This document shows positions 34,880-48,939 of a stretch of DNA of 64,000 nucleotides, in pieces. The translations under genes and the position numbers were made by a program. Position 1 is the stretch's first letter. Each line of letters starts with the position of its first letter. The notes beneath the pieces are model-generated. The model was not told the DNA's origin. It worked only from the letters and a program-made list of their open reading frames with translations, and made no database searches. This DNA comes from Heteronotia binoei (lineage: Eukaryota): the NCBI RefSeq assembly GCF_032191835.1, contig NC_083223.1, positions 167,772,001-167,836,000 of the forward strand. Reading direction: 5' to 3'.

Positions 34880-35930
34880 TACATAACACCTTGCCAACAT
34901 GGAGATATGGGGGATAGCCTTACAGTGGCTTACCTCCTTTCTCCAAGGTCAGGAACAGAGTGTGGTTCTAGGGGAGGAGGTATCTCCATGTTACCCATTG
35001 GTATGTGGAGTCCCCCAGGGGGCTATCCTCTCCCCAGTGTTATTTAACATCTTTATGCAACCCTTTGCCTAGCTGACTCAGGATCATAGGCTGGAGTGTC
35101 ACCAGTATGCTGATGACATCCAGCTCTGGCTGCTGATGAGCAGCCAGCTGGAGGTCACCTCAGACCATCTGGCCATGGTTGGCTGGCTAAAACAGGCCGA
35201 AAAACTAAATCCAGTGAAGAACGATATCCTGTGACTGGGCCAGGGCTGGGGGCTGGGAAGAGTTGCCAACTTCCCTCTCTTGACGGGGTGCTGTTGACAG
35301 CTGAGCTATCTGTCAAAAGTTTGGGAGTAATCCTGCATTCCTCCCTTTCAATGGAGGCCCAAGACACAAAGTTCATTAAGCTGACATTTTGCCATCTCAG
35401 CCAGGCCAAACAGTTGGCCCTGTACCTGTCACCCTCTGACCTAGCTGCAGTGATCCATGCACAGGTCAGTTCTAGATTGGATTACCATAACTTGCTGTAT
35501 ATAGGGCTACCCATGAGGTTGGTCTGGAAAACGCAACTTCTTCAAAATGCAGCTGCAAGGGTCCTAGCAAGAATAACCTTTAAAGTGCAAATCCAATTGA
35601 TCTGTCAGCTGCATTGGCTCCATATTGCAGACTAGATCAAGTTAAAGGTCCTGGTGTTGACCTTTAAAGCAGTCAGGAACCAGCATACCTTGGGGACCAC
35701 CTGGTATGTCCCCCATAGGGTATTACACTTGAGTGCTCAAAATCTACTGGTGGGCCCCAGACCAAAGAGTGACCATCTGTCCTCGACCAGGACCTTCTTG
35801 GCCCTGACCCCAGCCTGGTGGAACAGTCTTCTGGGAAAGATGATGGTCCTGTGGGTTTTAATACTATTCCAAAGGCCCTGCAAAACAGTTTTGCTGGGCC
35901 TATGGTTTAGGGCAGTAAAGGGGTCCTATC
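34880..35930 (+). mobile_element. Degraded L2-clade LINE 3' fragment
   Basis: Remnants of HQYADDIQL and SSRLDYHNLLYIGLP...LQNAAAR, homologous to the copy at 42225-44172. Confidence 0.8.
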
Positions 35931-36177
35931 TGGTAGCAAGTTTGGCTTCCCCAAGTGTTACCATGGAGTGTTAGCATTAGTATACTTCAAAGTTTAGAAC
36001 AAGATTCTGTGCTGATCCTCAGTGTTCTTTATTCTGTAGAACAGCTCTTATTAATTTTATTGTCTCAAAACAAAAAACCCATTTACAGTCTCTTTAATAG
36101 TTGAAAGTCAAAAGATTTTTCTGACTTACAATGACTTATTAACAGTACATTCCCAAGGACATGCTTCTAAACACATT

Positions 36178-37420
36178 GGTCGTTTTCGCACTTAGCGTTT
36201 GCTCCCCTTATTCCTCGGCGCAATTATGTCCGGATCATTTTCCTCGTTTTCGCACATTGCCTCTTTAGTGGAGTCGCTTTCCATGAAGCCCCGGCTCAAA
36301 TCGTTTTTGCACTAGCATCGACTTGAGTTCGATGCCCTGTCAATCATTTTTTTTTAAGCGCAAGTCTAATTGTGTAACAACGTAACAACGTAAACCGCAT
36401 CACGTGTGCCGCTTCTGCTTATGGAGTGGCTGCAGCTGTAGTATCCTCCACAACCCTTTATGTATTAACAGAAGCATTCACAGTGGAGAATCCCAGCACT
36501 AGATTCCACCCCCAACACAAATTCCAGAGTTGCCTGTGTGTGTGTGTGTATGTGGCAGCTTCTTCCTTTCCCAGCCTCGCTCCCTCCCGGGTGGTGAAGC
36601 TGGGATTTCCTCCACGCTCTTCCCCCTCCCCGGCTGGCGCTTGCAGCTGCAACGGGGACCTGACTGACTCCTGCTGCCAGAGCTCCCCCCCCCCGCCCCA
36701 TTCTCTCCTTCCCCTTCTGTGGTGCGTGTGAAGAGCGAGCTCGCGTCTGTTTTCTAACCGAGCGGAATGTAGCCAGGGAGGAGAATGCAGGACTCCAACT
36801 TCCCATTTTATACATGGCGATTTTGTGCAGGTCCAGAAATGCTGGTGGCACAGCTGAGGGAGGCATTGCCTTTTTAAAACACACACACATGAACTCTTTG
36901 GCCCACGCCGGCACTAGATTTCCCCCCCCCCCAACAATGTATAATGCAATTTCGAAGTTGCGAAATAACGCAACAGCGGAAAAGCAACCTCACATACCCG
37001 CCGCTTCAGGAGGGTTTTTTTTTTTCTATTTGTTAATTTCGAAATATCGCTATTACGCAAGAAAGATGAAGTTTTTTTAAAAAAAATGGCCGTGCGGGCA
37101 CTTTTGGGAAGCGCCGCGAACAGCTGATGATTGGCCAAGGGGGTGGATGGGGTGGGAGGACGGAAAGGGAGAGGGTGACGCCCACAAAGCAGTCGATCCG
37201 GCGTGGATGGATTTCCCACAGCAAACTCCGAGGAGTGGATCCGGTGTGGATCCGGAGGTTTTCAAAAACTCCGGAAGGAGGTGGATCTAGATACTCCGGC
37301 GTGAAACCCCTGCAGCACCGGAGCAAGACGCAGAGCCGGAGCAACAGGTGCGAAAACCAGGAAAAGATCCGGAGGTAAATGGGGTGCTACGCCGGAGTAA
37401 ACGCTAGTGCAAAAACGGCC
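36178..37420. mobile_element. PIF/Harbinger-type non-autonomous DNA transposon
   Basis: TIR of about 23 bp (GGTCGTTTTCGCACTTAGCGTTT / AAACGCTAGTGCAAAAACGGCC). 3-bp TSD ATT at 36175-36177 and 37421-37423. Confidence 0.8.
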
Positions 37421-37949
37421 ATTGTCTTAATTGATTTCTGCTTAATATTGCACTGTACTTTATCCTGATTCCCAACAGGATAGCCAGGGTTTGTAAAACT
37501 AATCAGTGATGTGTTCTGCATTTTAGCTTGTAGATTTCTGTCCTGATCCATCTATGTTGCTTGCACATTACTTTTCTTTTTCCCTCTGTAGAAAGAAGAG
37601 GAGAAAGCAACTAGAAATCTGTATATGTTTATTTAGTGAGCAGATACCAGGCAACTGTGTGTGAACTCTTTGGAGCCTAAAAGAAGTTATCTCCTTGCTT
37701 CTGTAACATTCTTGAGAAGCAGTTTAAGAGCTAAAAAATGGTGAGTGTATTTTCCCTATTTTCAGGTAGGGAGACTATGGTAAGAATTCCACGTGTTGTT
37801 GAACATTCTGCTTCCTTTGTTTTATGAAAATATTGGGTGGCATCCAAAGCAGCGCAAGTGGAATTCTCATGCACTCAGATTTTTCTGCCTTCCCCTTCCT
37901 GCTTCAGTCTCTTGTTACCATTGAAAAGTTGGTCCGTGAGTCAGGGCAA

Positions 37950-38040
37950 AAAAAAGTAAAGGTAGTCCCCTGTGCAATCACCAGTCGTTTTTCGACTCTG
38001 GGGTGACGTTGCTTTCATGGCTGACTTCCCCAGTCATCAG
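37950..38040 (-). mobile_element. Sauria SINE 3' fragment
   Basis: AAAGGTAGTCCCCTGTGCAATCACCAGTCG...GACTCTGGGGTGACG matches the tails of the other copies. Confidence 0.75.
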
Positions 38041-40989
38041 TCATTCAGGGAACTGTCTTTAATGGCTTGGGATATAGAGTGAGATAAAGGACAATAGTTT
38101 ACATTTCCAGTCTTTGTCTCAGATTAAAGAGAACAATGTGTTATTTGTGAAGCAGTATCACCCGCAACTAAGGATGGTTCACTGGCTGATGTGAATCAAA
38201 ACATAACATCTCAATATTAACGTGTGGGAGCTGTCATGACTGCAAACTATGTGTACCTGAGAGCTGAGCTGCTGCTTTACTCCCTGACCAACCTTCCTCA
38301 AAACTCATGGGCCTCTTGTACCTCATGCAGCTTCATCAACCCCTAGTTTCTCAGCCGCTTCCTCACCTGACTGATCCCTGCCCATCCCTGATTCTAATAC
38401 ATTTTTCTATCTAATCAGGAAACTTTACTTATGCCACAAAGTACTCCCTGTGTGAAGCACATGAGTTCTTTACCTTGTATCGGTCTCATTTTGTTTGCAG
38501 ATCTGCTGCTCTCTTCCTCAGCCTTAACCTGTGCCTATTTGCACTCCCTTCACTTAACTTCTCAACTTCAAATCCATAAATTAAGCCCCTTGGCAGCATC
38601 CAGAATGGTAGTGTCTGTCCTGTTGCCTGATCCTTTAAGGGGTCATGCCCCCTACCCCAGTAAAACAGCCAAATACACAAACCTAAGCTGGTTTTGGCCC
38701 TGTTTGTCCTGTGAATTGCTGTTTTATAAAATTGCTAAAACTTACAGTTTTAATAATGTTATGATTATGTAGTGGAGAAACTTTAGCACCATGATAAAGT
38801 ATATGATTTAGATTTTAAACTAACTTCTCACCATTTACTTAAACATAGTTTGATGTATGTTATTTTGAAAACAGGGGATTTCAGGTTCCATTGATTTCTG
38901 TGGGGTATTTACATGTACTTAAATTTCTCTCAACAAAATAAGTGAGACTGAAGGTAATTTTGTCCATATCATGCCCTATATATGTTCAGATCTGCTAGAT
39001 GGCCTGTCTTAACATGCATAATATGGTGTATCCAGCTTCTTATTGCCTGACTCTGCTGAACATACAATGAAAACAAGTTAATTTTAACAACTATTCAAAA
39101 CAGGAAATGCTGTGTTTTAGTGCTCTTAAATTAGGCATTGAATGCAAAGAACATAATCAATGTTCAAGATATGCATTTTTACATTCATGGCTTACTGCTT
39201 AAACCTAAATTGCACGTGTGACAGTATTTTTAATAGATAGAAAGGCAGGGCAGGGTCATCACTGCCAGTTAGGCATTAGTTTGAAATTTACATGTGTTCA
39301 GAGAAGCAGATGAATAATTAAAAAATGAAAATAAATACTTATTCACAAGGGCTGAAGTTATGCTCTATTATAATGAAGCTATAACATGCAATTCTTGGTA
39401 CTTTACAAATAACTGGCTATTTAAACTAGTTTCTCTCTTAGATTATGAAATAGCCATCTATTCTATCCATGTGTTCCATTTTTCCCTCTGTTTCTACATG
39501 GGAATCCACATAAGGTCAGTGCTGTCGACCACTGTTGAAAATGGCCAGCCTGTATGAACTTTCTGTTTCCTTCCATTGCCAATGTTGACCATGGAATATT
39601 ATTACATATGTACTGATTCTAACCTAGGTTAGCTTTTGACCACAGTTTGAAACTTTGCACTCTGTTTGTGGATATGCATTGAACACATTCCATAGATTTA
39701 ATTGTGTTGATGAATTGTTTCTCCATTTTGAAAGATGTTATTTCAAGGATTGGGGGGGGGGGGCAGGAGGAGCGTAATAAAATAGAAGAGCTCATTTACA
39801 GAAGAGCTCATGCAGGAGCAAATGTACTTTCAGCAGGTTTTTCTATGGAGAGAAAGCAGCATAAACTGAGGTTAGATTAAAGAGATTGTCTGATAGTAAG
39901 CATACTCACTAATGAGATTGTACACAATGCAATAATCTCATGAGGACAGAAACTACTAATGAAATAGCTCTGAGTGGCAATTCTCTCTGTTGAAAAGTGG
40001 AGATGAAGAAGAAGAGGTGGAGATTGGATTTATACCCCTCCCTTCGCTACTCAGAGGAATCTCAGAGCTTCTTACAATTTCCCTCCCCTTCCCCTATGAG
40101 GTAGGTGGATCTGAGAATGCTCTTCGAGAACTGCTCTTGAGCAGAACAGCTCTGAGAGAGTCATGACTGACCCAAGATCACTCCAGTAGTTGCATGTGGA
40201 CGAGTGGGAAATCAAACTCGGTTCTCCCAGATAAGAGTCCACACCAAACTGGCTCTAGTTTCTCCATCCGATTATGAAATAGCCGTCTATTCTTTCCATG
40301 GAAAGAGCATTTGTATCTCAAAATATTCTTCTTCCTCAACTGCTTCTAACCCAAGCCAAAAAAAGTCCTTTACTTTTTTCATAACTATGTTCTTAATTAT
40401 TGACTCCCGCATTTCTTATCATAAAAGCACCACAAATACTGTGATTCATTTGTTTTTCTGCATAATTATTGTGCAATTTAGAATAAAATCATACTTTATT
40501 GGTCTAATCCTACTTAAATACATTAGAAACCTGAAAATATATTTTAATTTTGTCATTACTGGATGAGTTCATTCATTTTTATCATGTTATCTTCCTTCTA
40601 GATGCCATAAATATCAGTTCACGGACCAGCAGATTATATATTGTAAAAGTGGGGACCTACAAGATTCACATGGGGATCCCATCTTTCCCCCTCTCCCACT
40701 TCATTCACTCACCCTCAGCTGCACCACATTACACTGCTGATGTGGTAGCAGTGGCTCAGGCTGTCAGTCCTCTCCTTTGGCAAGCTCACAGGAAGGGGGA
40801 ATCTCACTCCCCCCCTCCCGCTCTGCCCTTTGCATGCTGTTCTTCCCAGCCATCAGTGGTCCCTACCACTCGGCAGAGGGCAGTGGTGGTGGGTGGCAGC
40901 AGCTCCTGCTTTGTCCCTACTATCTGGTTTAATCAGTGTTATTCCCTCCTCCAGTGCCTCCCACACATAACAACTAGAGTGGATGCTGC

Positions 40990-41815
40990 ACAGTACAACC
41001 AAAAAAGGGGGGGGCATAACCCTGCATGAGAAAAGCAATCGAAAAGGTTGGAACAAAGGCTTAAAGGTTTATAGTCCACATTCAACAATATAGGTCTGTA
41101 AGATTGTGGTAGTGTTGGATCATTTCCTTCCTCAGAAATTAATGTTATACATGCCTCCTGTCATATTTGAGGTAATTTCTTTTCGCTTATTTGATTCATC
41201 ACTATACATTGCCAACAAACCATCTGGACATGGAGCTTTATCTTTTTTCAACCACTTTATTGCTTGTGGGATCTCTTGTATTATACTGGTTTGATTCAGC
41301 ATTTCTCTGCCTTCTTTCATAAATTTAGGTATGGAAGTATCTTTTATGTACTCATCCAGTCCATCCTTTGTTAAGTCGTGGGGAAAAGTAAATACATTCT
41401 TCATGTATATCTTTCTCTGATAAGAGATTTCATCTAACTTTTTTACTCCCATTATAGATTTTCTCTCACTTTCTTTTCTTAAGCAATATGCCAAGTAACA
41501 TCAAGGTTTATTTGCATATTCAAAGGATCTTTATTTGATAAAACTTATTTTTTTTCTGCAGTTCTTCCACCTTGTTCAAGTTTAATTGGTCTTTCTATTG
41601 TTTGATTTCTTTTAAATCTGTTTACTTTGATGTCTTTATATGCTGCTCTTCCAGTATTTGAATTCTTTCTGTTATTTCCGTGGTGCTTTCCATTTTTTCT
41701 TTCTTCTTCTTACAAGCAGTCACAATGAGGTTTCCTCTCATGAAGGCTTTGCTTGCTTTCCAAATCATTGGTATTGATGCATCTTCTGTAATTTCAAAAC
41801 TCTGCTTCAATAATG
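40990..41815 (-). mobile_element. L1-clade LINE ORF2 fragment
   Basis: IWKASKAFMRGNLI and AIKWLKKDKAPCPDG are degraded versions of the L1 WxxxKxxxRG and KAPGPDG motifs. Confidence 0.75.
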
Positions 41816-42224
41816 GTAGAAAGGCTTAAGAAATGTATAAACAAAATAATCAAGATCAGACAGGTTTTGTTCCTTAAGAGATATATAAAGAAAAATGTCC
41901 ATTTTATAATTAACTAGCAAAACAAAACAGAAGAAAAATCCTAACCAGTTTAATATTGTCAATTTCAACTATACTTAATTTAATTTTCTCTAAAATATCA
42001 TATACACAGGTAATATCCAGTGAAAATTCAATATTCAAAAAGTCTCATTTGTGGTTCCTTAAATTAGGCAAAAATGCCATTAAGATCCTAAATCAGTTTC
42101 AGTAGCTTTTGGATTGTTGAAGCAGTAAAGCTGTGTAATTATATAATTCCACATCAGAGGATCCCAAAAATGGATCCTCTTTCCTTTCAAGTTTAAACTA
42201 GAGGGATGAACAAGATTACTTCAT

Positions 42225-44172
42225 GGCCAGGATTGTGTCTGCAAATTCGCGCCCGGCACAATTGTTTAAAATAATTGTACATTAACTACGCTGCCCCAAG
42301 GCAGACCAAATGTTAGAGAATTAGAATAGGCTGCGAGGCTTTTGCGAAATATTTTGCAGACAAAATCACGTTGCTCCGCCAGGACCTGCCCATCACATTA
42401 GATACAGTACATGAACTGGAGGCTCCGTGCCTGTCTTCTGGTTTAGTCCTGGACCACTTCAACCCACTCAGCCTGGAAGAAGTTGACAGAATTCTCTCCT
42501 CTGCACGCCCAACAACTTGCAATTTGGACCCATGCCCCTCTTGGCTAATTAAATCTTGCCTGAGGGAGCTTAGATGTCCTTTATGGGACATCATAAATAG
42601 ATCCCTCCTGGAGGGGCGTTTTCCAACACCCTTAAAAGAGGCTATGGTCCGCCCCTCCTGAAAAAAAGTACAGCAGATCCGGCCGAATTGGCAAACTACC
42701 GACCAGTCTCTAATTACCGTTTTTAGGTAAAATTATTGAGAGGGCAGTGGCGTTGCAGGGTTTTCTGGATGACGCTTCCGTCCTAGACCCTTGCCAGTCC
42801 AGCTTTCGTCCAGGTCACAGGACGGAGACAGTGCTGGTCACCTTGGCGGACAACCTCCAGCGGCATCTGGATCGAGGTGGTGCTGGCGGTGCTGATGCTG
42901 TTAGATCTGTTGGCCGCGTTCGACACGGTTAACCATCAGCTGCTGACCCGCCGCCTCACCAACGTAGGGGTTAGGGGGTTGGCTTTACAATGGCTTTCCT
43001 CCTTCCTCGAGGATCGGGGACAAAGGGTGGCAATCGGGGGTGAGCTGTCCCAGAGGCGCACACTAGAGTGTGGGGTGCCTCGGAGCAGTTCTCTCACCAA
43101 TGCTATTTAATATCTATATGCTCCCTCTTGCCCAGATTGCCCGGAGGCATGGGCTTGGGTGTCACCAGTACGCGGATGACACCCAGCTCTATCTGCTAAT
43201 GGATGGCCGGCCTGGCTGCGTCCCAGGGAATTTGGACCTGGCACTGCAGGCCATGGCAACTTGGTTAAGGCTGAGTGGGTTGAAGCTGAATCCAGCGAAG
43301 ACAGAAGTCCTGTGCCTGGTTCGGGGCATTCTGGGGAGGGAAATATCTCTCCCAGGTCAGGAGCTTGGGAGTTCTACTGGAGCCTTCATTATCAATGGAG
43401 GCCCAGATAGCAGCCACTGCTAAATCAGCCTTTTTTCATCTGAGGCGGGCAAGGCAGTTGGCCCCCTTCCTAGAGCGCCAGGACCTGGCAACAGTGATTC
43501 ACGCAACAGTCACCTCGAGACTGGATTACTGTAATGCCCTCTACATGGGGCTGCCTCTGTGCCGAACCCGGAAGCTGCAGCTGGTGCAGAACGCGGCAGC
43601 TAGGCTGCTATTGGGGCTCCCAAAGTGGGAGCACATACAGCCAGGGCTGCGTGGACTGCACTGGTTGCCAGTTACATACCGGATTCGTTACAAAGTGCTG
43701 GTTATTACCTTTAAAGCCCTATATGGCCGAGGACCTGCCTACCTGAGGGACCGTCTCTCCCCATATGAACCCCAGAGATCACTGAGGTCAGCAGGGAAGA
43801 ACCTGCTGACCATCCCCGGGCCGAAAGAGGTAAAACTACAGAGTACCCACATGCGGGCCTTCTCTGTTGTAGCTCCACACCTATGGAATCAGCTCCCGGA
43901 AAAAACACGGGCCCTGCGGGACTTTGATCAGTTTCGCAGGGCCTGCAAGACCATTCTTTTCGGGATGGCCTTCACCGATTAAAAGAAAGAGACTGCTTAA
44001 GTAATTTTACCATCTGCTGAAGTAGCACCAGGATGTTAATTTTAATAAGCTTAGAATTTTAATTAAATTGCTATATTAGTTATTGTTTTTAAACATTGTT
44101 GATCTAATGTTGTTAGCCGCCCTGAGCCTGCTTCGGCGGGGAGGGCGGGATATAAATAAAATGATTGATTGA
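42225..44172 (+). mobile_element. L2-clade LINE, 5'-truncated, frameshifted RT
   Basis: PTTCNLDPCPSWL, LDLLAAFDTV, QYADDTQLY and SRLDYCNALYMGLP motifs. 3' tail GGATATAAATAAAATGATTGATT. Confidence 0.9.
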
Positions 44173-44944
44173 TTCTCACACAGCTTAAACAGTGGTCTGC
44201 AGGAAATTATCAGTCTATATGCTCAAGTAAAAATGGTCCCAGTGATAAGCAGTCAGCTTGAAAATCTCGTTTCAACCCTGGTTGCTTCAGAGTCGGGAAG
44301 ATACAGCAAAATCTCTAAATTACAAACACCACATGATCTTAACACTTAATGTGCAAACATCAATAAACCACACAACAGTTTTCACTTACTTCAAACTCCA
44401 GTTTTTCATATCCAAGAACAAAACCTTCAACAATAAATTACTGTGCAGCAACAGTTCACATCAGTCACGTCGCAACCAGCCCGGCAAACACAGAGACATT
44501 AAAGGCTTAATTGAAAACGCCTGTCCTCATTCCTAAAGAGCCACACAATCATATATATGGTATACAAAATGATTTAAAGTTAAACAATCTCAGATATGTC
44601 CACATTACAGTTAAGCATGAATTTCTTTAAAATATCTATAGAAAACATATAATCCAGTTCAAACCATAGGGTATGTCAGTCTTTAGCCTTATGATTTCTC
44701 TCTCAATAAAATCTTCTGTATATCCTCATAAGTATTGTTTCTTATATTTGTACAATACAAAATATCTGAAACTGTAAACACCGTGATCCTTTTTGACAAA
44801 GTGAGAGGCACCTCCAGAATCCTGTTCGGATTCTACTTCTATGTTCCAGCATTCTGGTTCTTATAGGGCGAGTGGTACTCACAATGTATACTAGTTCACA
44901 ATCACATCACACATACCACATTCCTGGTGGCACAGTTTTCATTT

Positions 44945-46300
44945 CATTGCATTTTATTTGATTTATATCCCGCCCTACCCCACCAAAGCGGGCTGAGGGC
45001 AGCTCACAACATAAAAATTCTAACAATAAAATTCAAGAATTAAAATACAATAATAATTTACATAATTAAAACAACTAATATATCACATCAATCAGTCTCA
45101 GTGTGCTATCTTATAGTCTTCCGTCAGAATATTTCAATTTTTCAGTGCCTGTCAGTTATAAGCCAACTGGAAGAAGACTGTCTTACAGGCCCTGCGGAAC
45201 TGTCCAATGTCCCGCAGGGCCCTGACCTCTTCCGGTAACTGGTTCCACCAGTAAGGGGCTGTGATCGAGAAGGCCCTAGTTGACTTCTGTGATCGAGAAG
45301 GCCCTAGTTGACTTCAACCGGGCCTCCTTTGGCCCGGGGATTACAAGCAGATTTCTAGAGCCAGATCGCAGCACTCTCTGGGGAGCACATGGGAAGAGAC
45401 GGTCCCTAAGGTAGGCAGGTCCTAGGCCATATAGGGCTTTAAAGGTGATAACCAGCACCTTGTACCGGACTTGGTATATTATTGGCAGCCAGTGCAGTCT
45501 CCGGAGGCCCGGCTGAATGTGCTCCCGTCTAGGGAGCCCTAATAACAGCTGAGCGGCGGTGTTCTGCACTAGCTGCAACTTCCGGGTTTGGCACAGGGGC
45601 AGCCCCATGTAGAGGGCATTACAGTAATCCAACCTTGAGGTGACCGTTGCATGGATCACTGTTGCCAGATCGTCCTGCTCCAGGAAAGGCACCAACTGCC
45701 TCGCCCGCCTATGATGAAAAAATGCAGACTTAGCAGTGGCTGCTACTTGGGCCTCCGTGGTTAAGGCAGGCTCAAGTAGTACCCCCAAGCTCTTGACCCT
45801 GTGCGCCATTGTCAGTGGCACACCGTCGAGAGCTGGTAGGGGAATTTCCCCTCCTGGACCACGGCGACCCAAGCAAAGGACCTCTGTCTTCGCTGGATTT
45901 AGTTTCAACCTACTCAGCCTGAGCCATCTAGCCACGGCTTGTAATGCCAGGTCCAGGTTTTCTGGGACACAGTCAGGCCAGTCGTCCATGAGTAGATAGA
46001 GCTGGGTGTCATCAGCGTACTGGTGGGAACCCAGCCCATACCTCCAGGCAATCTGGGCAAGGGGGCTCATGTAGATGTTAAACAACATTGGGGAAAGAAC
46101 TGCCCCCTGAGGCACCCCGCAATCAAGCGTGTGCCTCCGGGACAACTCACCCCCAATCGCCACCCTTTGTCCCCGACCATCAAGGAACAAGGAGAGCCAT
46201 TGTAAGGCCAACCCCTGAATCCCCGTGTCGGCGAGACGGCTAGTCAGCAGCTGATGGTTGACCGTATCGAACACTGCCGATAGGTCTAACAACATCAGAT
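44945..46300 (-). mobile_element. L2-clade LINE, 5'-truncated, convergent with the previous copy
   Basis: Open RT stretch LDLSAVFDTV...QYADDTQLY...SRLDYCNALY. A 28-bp tandem duplication at 45259-45314 breaks the frame. Tail at about 44945. Confidence 0.9.
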
Positions 46301-48939
46301 AGAAGACTAATGCAAATAAATTGTAGGGGCCCCCTGACGGCAAACTAAATATCTGCCACAATGATGATGTCCTGTCAATTCTGCAGTAACTCTACTAAAA
46401 TTAAAAAAAACCCAGAAAGAATACAAAATTTGTCATGTTACTTGAGATAATGTTACTAGGATTTCTACCAACGAATACAGATAGAGCTGTACACAAACTG
46501 TTTAGTTATATGTTAACTGTGCCACAATTAGTATTTGCAAATTGTAACTAAATGGAAAGCTGAGATTTGCCAGATTTTGAGAAGTGGAAAGATAAATAAG
46601 AAGCTAAATGAATTTGAAGATAACTGGAGAGCTTTTTATGCTTATTATCATTAATTAATTGTTCATATAGTTATATATTTAAATAGTTATATCAGCAACA
46701 ATTAGTATTTGGAATATTATTTTTTCTCATATTATTTATTTATTTATTTACATTAGACTTTTATCCCATCCTCTCTGCAAGCTGACTCAGGGCGGCTTAC
46801 AACAGTCGTTTACACGATTTAAAACAATGTCAATAAAATCTATAAAACATTAAGACAATTAAAATTGTATTACAAACTGTAAGGTTGTCATCCTAAAATT
46901 ATACTCAAAATTAATAAGAATTGTGTCTCTCTAGTTTTTTTAGATAACGATAATGAAAATATACTATGTGAAAATAATAGAATACTATGTGCATAGTGTT
47001 ATCGTGATTTATTATATCATGTATTAACAATTAACAACATTATTAACAATTATCCTTAAAAATGCTTTTTTTTTCTTCTTATCCTTTTTTCTTTATTCTG
47101 TATTTTTATAAAAAGTCAAAAAGAAAATTTAGAAAGAAAAGGGTAAAACAAAGAAAAGGAAAGTAAAATGTTCAAAATATTGCATATAATTTAATAATAC
47201 ATTCAGAAGTGCTAAAATATTTTCTCACACTGAGATGTTCACCCATGGAGGCTGATTATTTTTTAGTTGTACCTGAACACTCCAGTAGAGTTTTGAGTAT
47301 TTCAAATTGGATCTCAGTGCTCAGTTTGAATTATACCACTGAGGAAAGCCAGGTGCCTAAGGTTCTTCCATATGGAGATGTGTATTTTTAAACATGTATT
47401 CATGTAAATGTTCATTTATCTTTATATTGGGATTAAGTAGTTATATGCTGAACCACAGGATTGTTTTTAAATGATATTTTAGCACTTTTGGATGTGTTAT
47501 TACATTATATACAATATTTTGTTCATTTGCACTATGTGCAGTTATAATTCATTTTTTTTCTTTGTTCCAACCTTTTTGGTTACTTTTTTTGGATGCTGTG
47601 TGGACAATGCTCCTCTGTGTGTGGGGGGGAGAAATCCATCCCATTCATTTTTTTAAAATGTCCATATTTTTTTTCAAACTGCCCAAGTTTGTAGAAAAAT
47701 CTCCCATCTCTCAGCATGGCCCTGACCAAAGAGTTAAATATACACAGATGGCACCATGTTGAGAATTAGATATATTGACTGCTGATCTAAAAGTCCCCAT
47801 TCTTGAACTAAAAAAAATTTCAGAGTCTCCAGAGTTAAACTGACGTATCAGATTTTATGAAGAGGTTTGACACAATCTCTTACTGCTGCCACATATCCTT
47901 CCCTGCCTCCCCTTTCTCTGTTGGCTCATCATCCTAACCTGACTTCAGTGACTTAGAATATAAATTTAGCTTTGGTATACTTATGTCCGTAATTAGATTA
48001 TATACTTGTGTTTTGCATGGTAAAGTTTATGGAATATAATTTTTTCAAGGAAAAATAGCAGATACCTGAGAAAAAGGAACCCCTAGATTTTGCTGCAACT
48101 TTGCCGCAACTGCATATGCTATTTCAGCTTTTCTGATAATCACAACAGATTTATCAGGCAACACCCATTTAAGTATTTGTGACATGCTAGGTTGATCAGT
48201 CTACTTAGCAAGATGCTGCTTGCTTGGCAGGAAGTTTCCCTTTGCCAGCTGCAGTGTTAGGATGGGACTGTACAATGTATTTGAGAACATAATATGTCAG
48301 GAGGAAGATAAGTTGTTTACCTTCAGTAAAGTGGATGGTACAAGAACTTACAGGTACAAACTGGATGCTAACTTCAGTTAGAAGTTGTGTAAATTTCCAT
48401 GGATTAATGGAAAAGTGAGGTAAAATTATGAAAGATCTGATTATTTTATTTGTACTGTGCCTCTTCAATGGAATGTTCAAGCTTGCAAACACAAATTATA
48501 ACAGATCAATGCAAAATGATTACAATAAACTTTAGAATCATGATCATCTGATGGAAAAACTGGCAACAGCCATACTTTTCGTTTTTGGTTGTCAGTTTAT
48601 GTCCTTTGGTAGAAAATAGGATGTGTTTTCTTTTCGAAGTTGATTGCTTGCCAGACTTATAGTGGTCTTATCCTTCGTTAATGATCCTTTACAGATACTT
48701 TTTATTTTCACTGTGTACCAATTTCTTCATGAAATGAATCCCTTAAATAATATAATTATTAGTTTCTTGAAATTTGATTCTCGTTATACTGATACAGCAA
48801 TTTTAGTTACCTATTATTTTTCCTTAACTCAGATATAATTTCTCAATTTAACTGTTCTTGCCAGATCCCACATTTATAACTTATTGGAAATCCTGTTGCA
48901 CTTCCAATAAGGGTGTCTCACCACCTCTGCAGCTACCCT

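Noticed and set aside
45276-46361. 361-aa ORF as an intact reverse transcriptase gene
   Set aside because: It is a 5'-truncated L2 fragment; its N-terminus is flanking DNA and a 28-bp duplication breaks its C-terminus.
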